Virus record (IMG/VR): IMGVR_UViG_3300001528_000136
Coordinates: 58,906-122,905 of that record
Length of the DNA: 64,000 bases
Source of the DNA: a virus
Taxonomy: Duplodnaviria > Heunggongvirae > Uroviricota > Caudoviricetes
Reading direction: 5' to 3' (one strand)
The stretch's first letter is position 1, and each line of letters opens with the position of its first letter. Both the position numbers and the translations under genes were made by a program. Shown in pieces: positions 59,299 through 64,000 of this stretch. The notes under the pieces were generated by a model. That model worked only from the letters and a program-made list of their open reading frames with translations. It did no database searches and had not been told where the DNA came from.

Positions 59299-59483
59299 TC
59301 GCTTACCTCCACTTCTATATCATATGGATTTCCTTCTATCATAATGTCTGGTTCCTCACTTATAACATCTCCGTTACCTTCTTTCATTAACTCAATAGCT
59401 TCTTCTTCAGATTCTGCTTCTACTACTGTTGTAACTGTATTTATACCACTACAATTATATGTTGCTGTTACTATATATTTCAT
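59295..59483 (-). CDS. Hypothetical acidic protein (62 aa)
   Basis: Complete ORF containing VEAESEEEAIE. Confidence 0.65.
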   Translation of the reverse strand: MKYIVTATYNCSGINTVTTVVEAESEEEAIELMKEGNGDVISEEPDIMIEGNPYDIEVEVSE

Positions 59484-59896
59484 TATTTATTATTTTGATA
59501 AAGTTTACTAACTAATTCAGAAATGGTCTTTTTATGTTTAGACAAATCTTCCTTAGTCTTATTTAAATCATTTTGTAACTTAATTATTTTAGCTTTAGCC
59601 TTAGCTAAGTCAAAATCACTTGGAAATTCTACTTCTTTAGTACATAAAAGTGCTTGTAATCCTGTTATAGTCTTTCTTTGATTTTTTATCTTATCTCTAA
59701 GTTTTCTTTCGGGGTCAATTTCATCCATTAAAGATTCTAATTCTCCAAGTCTAATTAAAGCATCTTTATAATAAGCTTTTCTCTCTTCATCATATTTCTT
59801 GAATGCCTCTATTTTACTTTTTAATTTACCTATTATGACTTCTTTAGGGTCTAATAGGTCAGGATTCATAGAAATACTTCTATCTAATTTTACCAT
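59483..59896 (-). CDS. Coiled-coil protein (137 aa)
   Basis: Heptad-rich, Lys/Glu-rich. Confidence 0.65.
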   Translation of the reverse strand: MVKLDRSISMNPDLLDPKEVIIGKLKSKIEAFKKYDEERKAYYKDALIRLGELESLMDEIDPERKLRDKIKNQRKTITGLQALLCTKEVEFPSDFDLAKAKAKIIKLQNDLNKTKEDLSKHKKTISELVSKLYQNNK

Positions 59897-60273
59897 AATC
59901 CTATTTTTTTACCAGCATCTTCTTCAATAAAACAGTATTTAGCATGGTCTCTGAGTTCTAAGATATATTTAGCTAAATGTTCAACTAAATCACTATCTTT
60001 ACGAACTGCTACTAATTGTCCTGTTCTATATGGATTATTAGGTTGAGATTTACTAGCATCTATACCTATAAAAAACACTGCATTATCTTTATACTTAGTA
60101 CATTCTCCACACACATGGTCAGCAAATCCAATAGCTTTACCATTTAACTCCTCTACAGCTTTAGCGTTCTTTTCAGTAAGTAGGGAGTTCATAATGATAC
60201 CTTCATCGGTCTCTTTGCCACATACAGGACATAAATATTTAACTAGAGAAACTCCTAACTTATTTTTTTCCAT
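59890..60273 (-). CDS. Zinc-finger protein (CxxC..CxxC)
   Basis: YLCPVCGK and HVCGEC. Confidence 0.65.
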   Translation of the reverse strand: MEKNKLGVSLVKYLCPVCGKETDEGIIMNSLLTEKNAKAVEELNGKAIGFADHVCGECTKYKDNAVFFIGIDASKSQPNNPYRTGQLVAVRKDSDLVEHLAKYILELRDHAKYCFIEEDAGKKIGLW

Positions 60274-60481
60274 ATTTATTATGTTTAAAACAAGGACAAT
60301 CTGGATTATGTACTACACCTCCCACTGAATTGTGAGAATTTCCAAATCTAAACATAATATATTGATGCTTATTATAAACAAATTCAGTACATCCTGTTGG
60401 ATTATAATAAGCATTAATAACACAAACTCCTCCTAATAATAGGATTAATACTAGTAAAAACTTTTTATTGAATATCTTCAT
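60260..60481 (-). CDS. Small membrane-anchored or secreted protein (73 aa)
   Basis: N-terminal hydrophobic helix and C-terminal VVHNPDCPC. Confidence 0.65.
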   Translation of the reverse strand: MKIFNKKFLLVLILLLGGVCVINAYYNPTGCTEFVYNKHQYIMFRFGNSHNSVGGVVHNPDCPCFKHNKYGKK

Positions 60482-61073
60482 AATATAATACGGTTGGATT
60501 ATCTTTATGTATATCTATATTGTCTAAACCTTTTATAGCTAGTTTCTGTTTGAACTGTTCTAAGTCAAACCCTTTAGTTATGGCATGATAACCATTAACT
60601 GTAGATAATATATTAAACAAAATATTACTACCAGAGTGTCTACAATTCTGAGCTATGTCAATATATTTATTAATTAATTCCATATCTTTAGTGTCAAAAT
60701 CAAGAATCCAGACTGATTTATAATTAGAGTTTCTTCTTTGACCTATAGCTTTAGATACGCACTTAAATAGTTTTCTAGAATTACACTCAATAGCTTCTGT
60801 AGCTTCTCTAATTATTTCAAATTGTACTTGCTTACAATTTCTAGGATTTACCCAAAAATATGCTCGTGCATTGAAAGTTTTACATAATGTAACTATTTCT
60901 TCTTTCTTTTCTAAAAATGTTTCTTTATCAAAGAAGTGATAATCTTTAATTACATTGTTATTACTTCCAATATTACACTCTTTCTTTCTTTGTATTACCT
61001 GAACAAAGAAAAAATCCCCTTGGTATATTAGATTATCAAACCAAGAGGATAAAGTATCAAAATTATCTACCAT
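60465..61073 (-). CDS. Conserved phage protein, possibly AEP (primase-polymerase)-like
   Basis: WILDFD (DxD) and TVNGYH (GxH) are spaced as in AEP folds. The functional call is weak. Confidence 0.4.
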   Translation of the reverse strand: MVDNFDTLSSWFDNLIYQGDFFFVQVIQRKKECNIGSNNNVIKDYHFFDKETFLEKKEEIVTLCKTFNARAYFWVNPRNCKQVQFEIIREATEAIECNSRKLFKCVSKAIGQRRNSNYKSVWILDFDTKDMELINKYIDIAQNCRHSGSNILFNILSTVNGYHAITKGFDLEQFKQKLAIKGLDNIDIHKDNPTVLYYEDIQ

Positions 61074-61306
61074 CTGAATGGATTTTCAGAATTATTAAAA
61101 TTAAACATTTCACCAAATCTACTAACTATATCTTCAACACATTTAGTTATAGTTAAAGATATAAAGGAATCACCATATTTTCTCTTTAAATAATCTTCAA
61201 GAGAACATTTAGCTATTAACTCATTCTCCTTATTCTTAACTCTAATTTGTTTATTAAATAGAGTTCCAGAAGTAAGTTGAACATTATAATCTATTATAAA
61301 TATCAT
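61067..61306 (-). CDS. Hypothetical protein (79 aa; 92 aa if TAG is read as Gln)
   Basis: The only - strand track ORF in this module ending in TAG. The next in-frame stop is TAA at 61028-61030. Confidence 0.65.
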   Translation of the reverse strand: MIFIIDYNVQLTSGTLFNKQIRVKNKENELIAKCSLEDYLKRKYGDSFISLTITKCVEDIVSRFGEMFNFNNSENPFRW

Positions 61307-61587
61307 TTTATGTAACCCTTTTCTTTAAGAAATTCTTGATAATGTTTCCATAATTTTTGAGTCATTTTGTGATAATTATGGTCAAGGGGAGCTATCTCTA
61401 TAATTTTATCGGCAGTATCTATTCTTTCACATGATATTATTTCAGTAGGAGAATCAGATAAAAATATAGAAGTACCTTTATTATTCAGATACTTTTGAAC
61501 ATAAATAATAGCATCCTGTAAATCTTTAGCCCCTATTAAATAATTATTTATAGCATCCGATTCTATTACTTTAACCTTGTAATACAT
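61303..61587 (-). CDS. Hypothetical protein (94 aa)
   Basis: Complete ORF with an ATGA overlap. Confidence 0.65.
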   Translation of the reverse strand: MYYKVKVIESDAINNYLIGAKDLQDAIIYVQKYLNNKGTSIFLSDSPTEIISCERIDTADKIIEIAPLDHNYHKMTQKLWKHYQEFLKEKGYIK

Positions 61588-61589
61588 AA

Positions 61590-61781
61590 TTATATTATAT
61601 GAATATTATCTAATAATTCTGTTTTTTCTATTTGGTATGTAACACCATCACCATATAGTTCTACTAAACTTTTATGAACCATATTTAAAGCCTGTCCTAT
61701 ATTAATAACATTTGTAATTATATAGTTACAATTAAAACCGTCTCTTCTATTGAATACATTAGATTTAACTAGGTATGTCAT
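61590..61781 (-). CDS. Hypothetical protein (63 aa)
   Basis: Complete ORF with 2-nt gaps to both neighbours. Confidence 0.6.
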   Translation of the reverse strand: MTYLVKSNVFNRRDGFNCNYIITNVINIGQALNMVHKSLVELYGDGVTYQIEKTELLDNIHII

Positions 61782-61783
61782 GA

Positions 61784-62233
61784 TTAATTACCATTTAAAG
61801 GATAAGTATCTTTATATCTTTCAAAGAATCCTCTAATTACTTTTTCAGTAACTTGAAGTTCTCTGCGTTTATCACGCTCTATACAAGTAGACAAAGGAGT
61901 ATCAAAGAAATCCTTAAATTCTATATCATAGTGTCTTTTGAAATCAGCACATGACAGGGTAACTAGAGTCTCTAATTGAGATACTGTTTTAGGATTTAAA
62001 TTAGTATTATCTATAACTATATCAAATCCATAACCAATAGCTCTAGATATAGCATTATCTTGTATGACTTTAACTAATTTCTCCCTCTCAGGAACCCAAT
62101 ACTTACCTAACATGAGTCGAATATCATCTTGATTTATTCTAACTCTATGTTCTGGATCTTCAAGAACCCATTGCTTAGCAAAAAAGGACTTCCCGCTTGC
62201 AGGAAGCCCTCTACATATAATAACTTTACTCAT
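61784..62233 (-). CDS. Polynucleotide kinase (AAA_33, T4 PNK kinase-domain-like)
   Basis: IICRGLPASGKS (Walker A), RINQDDIR, VIDNTNL and CIERDKRR. Confidence 0.85.
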   Translation of the reverse strand: MSKVIICRGLPASGKSFFAKQWVLEDPEHRVRINQDDIRLMLGKYWVPEREKLVKVIQDNAISRAIGYGFDIVIDNTNLNPKTVSQLETLVTLSCADFKRHYDIEFKDFFDTPLSTCIERDKRRELQVTEKVIRGFFERYKDTYPLNGN

Positions 62234-62335
62234 TTAATAAATATAACTTAATAATGAAGATACTATTATGAATGCTGTAATACCAATAACTATACACTCA
62301 CTAATTAATAATCTAGTTTCATAATCAAATGTCAT
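62234..62335 (-). CDS. Small TM peptide (33 aa)
   Basis: MTFDYETRLLISECIVIGITAFIIVSSLLSYIY. Abuts both neighbours. Confidence 0.5.
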   Translation of the reverse strand: MTFDYETRLLISECIVIGITAFIIVSSLLSYIY

Positions 62336-62598
62336 CAATCAATACTGTTTAAAAGTGATTTAACTAATTTCTTTAAGTCAGAAACAGCTTTATCTATTGA
62401 TTCTTCATCTAAATTGAAAGCTGGACAATCATTTTCTAATCTAATATTTAGACACTCAACTAAATGTTCTTTATCATGTTCAATTGAATCATCTCTGATA
62501 AAATCAGAGAATGCTAATAGCAAATCTGTATTATACATCTCATCATCAATTTCTGTATAACCTGTTATTTTCATAATTAAATAATTAAAAAGATTCAA
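62335..62598 (-). CDS. Hypothetical acidic protein (87 aa)
   Basis: Complete ORF. Confidence 0.6.
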   Translation of the reverse strand: MNLFNYLIMKITGYTEIDDEMYNTDLLLAFSDFIRDDSIEHDKEHLVECLNIRLENDCPAFNLDEESIDKAVSDLKKLVKSLLNSID

Positions 62599-62725
62599 TA
62601 TAACAATTTAGAAATGTCATATAAGCATCATCAAATGCAGCGTCTCTTTCACTTTCAATACTTTCATCATAATGATTAGAGTATTGTTCTCTACTACCAT
62701 CTGGATGGTGAATTATAAATGTCAT
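62585..62725 (-). CDS. Hypothetical protein (46 aa)
   Basis: MTFIIHHPDGSREQYSNHYDESIESERDAAFDDAYMTFLNCYIESF. Fills a gap. Confidence 0.55.
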   Translation of the reverse strand: MTFIIHHPDGSREQYSNHYDESIESERDAAFDDAYMTFLNCYIESF

Positions 62726-62753
62726 AATTAAATAGTTTTATGAGGATTATAAA

Positions 62754-62790
62754 TATCCCAATTACCTAAATTATTAGGTAATTGGGGATA
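62754..62790. repeat. Inverted repeat, 13-bp perfect stem
   Basis: CCCAATTACCTAA-ATTA-TTAGGTAATTGGG, extendable by TAT/ATA with one bulged G. About 80 nt downstream of the polA stop. Confidence 0.75.
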
Positions 62791-62866
62791 AACTCCATGT
62801 ACTTTACACACTATAAATAAGTCACATTTATTACAATATGTATTAGCTAATCTGTTGCATTTCATT

Positions 62867-64000
62867 TTAGTGAACCCAATGGTCATTTATATCTATGTCT
62901 GCTCCTAAATATACATTAGGACAAAATGGCTTAGCCCCTTCCACCATACAATTAATTAGAACTTCACCAACTTCATTTTTAAGGTCTTCTGGTGCTTCTA
63001 AATTAAACTCATCGTGAGCAGGTACACACATTTTTACTTTATCTTGGTAATTATGTGATACTATCCAATTAAATAGCTTAATAGAAGACAATTTGAAACA
63101 CATAGCACCTCTATTTTGGATTCTATAATTAATAGATTGCTTACTTATTTCAGCTTTCTTTTTCATATAGTGTCTAACTTGTACTACTATTTCATTTTCA
63201 GGGTCTTGTTTTTTAAGTTGTTGATAATATTCCCAAAAACCTGGCTCTTGTATTTGTTGGTGAATTTCTTGAAGTTCTTCTATATCCAGTAGATGACATC
63301 TATGTCCTGTTATAGGATTCATCAAAATATAACCATCTTTTAACCAAGCTACTCGACAATAATCTTGATATGCTTTGATACCAGGGAAACCCTTCATAAA
63401 ATCATCATAGATTTGCTTAGCTTCTTCTACAGGAATGCCTTTATTATTAGCTATAGTATTATAATCACCTCCATAATTTACAGCAAATTCAATTCCTTTA
63501 GCTTCTTGTCTAGCATTATGGTATAGTTTCTTAATATCTTCAATTCTAGTGTCTCTAGGAATTATTTTAGGATAACTCATATAGGCAACCAAAGAATGCA
63601 CATCCGCACAGCCATGTTCAAATAGGTCTATCATTGCCTTATCCTTAGATACAGACGCAATAATACGTGATTCTTGACTCTGATAATCTGCCGACAACCA
63701 TGCATACCCTTTTTCAGAAGTAAAACATGCTCTAGTCTCCTTATCATGTGGTAAATTCTGCATGTTTAGTTTCCAAACACCACCACCAGAACTAACTCTA
63801 GCTGTATCGGTACCTATAGAATGAAAATCTACATGTATTCTACCAGTGACAGGGTTAATTGCATTGAGCCAGTTTTGACCATAAGTAGATACGACTTTAG
63901 CGGCTTCTTGATATTTTAAGAATATTGGAATAATTGGAAAATCATTCTTTTGAGGTTTTAAGACATTAGCCTCTATTGATTTTTTCTTCTGTTTAGTCTT
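62867..64000 (-). CDS. polA: Family A DNA polymerase, C-terminal part (runs off the window)
   Basis: The frame is open from 64000 to TAA 62867. Contains TGRIH..TARVSS..NMQNLP, motif A ADYQSQESRI, motif B RQEAKGIEFAVNYG and motif C HDE. Confidence 0.95.
   Translation of the reverse strand, partial: KTKQKKKSIEANVLKPQKNDFPIIPIFLKYQEAAKVVSTYGQNWLNAINPVTGRIHVDFHSIGTDTARVSSGGGVWKLNMQNLPHDKETRACFTSEKGYAWLSADYQSQESRIIASVSKDKAMIDLFEHGCADVHSLVAYMSYPKIIPRDTRIEDIKKLYHNARQEAKGIEFAVNYGGDYNTIANNKGIPVEEAKQIYDDFMKGFPGIKAYQDYCRVAWLKDGYILMNPITGHRCHLLDIEELQEIHQQIQEPGFWEYYQQLKKQDPENEIVVQVRHYMKKKAEISKQSINYRIQNRGAMCFKLSSIKLFNWIVSHNYQDKVKMCVPAHDEFNLEAPEDLKNEVGEVLINCMVEGAKPFCPNVYLGADIDINDHWVH

Noticed and set aside
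1-64000. CRISPR array, IS element or long tandem repeat
   Set aside because: No regularly spaced repeats, transposase motifs or terminal inverted repeats were seen. The only repeats are terminator stems and the 12-nt AAAAAATAAGGG triplet.

Overview
This 64 kb, AT-rich window is phage DNA that looks like a crAss-like phage (Crassvirales). Gene starts lack Shine-Dalgarno motifs and have A/T-rich leaders, consistent with a Bacteroidota host (inference). It has two convergent halves that use different genetic codes. (1) Positions 1-52094, + strand: the virion module. The supplied code-11 ORF track shatters it into fragments. All fragments of a gene share one frame and are separated only by TAG. 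Reading TAG as Gln (code 15) gives 21 tightly packed genes ending in TAA or TGA: capsid-associated and ring proteins, a holin-like protein, two IHF-like proteins, two large tail proteins, a lytic transglycosylase, a DUF192 protein and a run of giant cargo proteins. The cargo run includes an SF1 helicase domain, a 3373-aa virion RNA polymerase, a zincin protease and a PD-(D/E)xK nuclease. A group I intron carrying a LAGLIDADG endonuclease splits the polymerase catalytic DxDxD motif. (2) Positions 52201-64000, - strand: replication and nucleotide-metabolism genes (PolA, PNK, ThyX, PRTase, Nudix, HAD 3'-phosphatase, metallophosphoesterase, many small ORFs). These read intact in the standard code. 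Three tandem terminators specific to the - strand sit at the junction. The most unusual patterns are cysteines placed at the facing termini of four consecutive cargo proteins, a recurring xx-GG motif in the cargo proteins, a 90-residue uncharged insert in the tail protein, and a TAG-free intron endonuclease with a candidate promoter of its own inside the ribozyme. Family names come from motif recognition by eye, and no database search was run. Continuity of the longest genes rests on frame consistency plus reading of long stretches, not on checking every codon.
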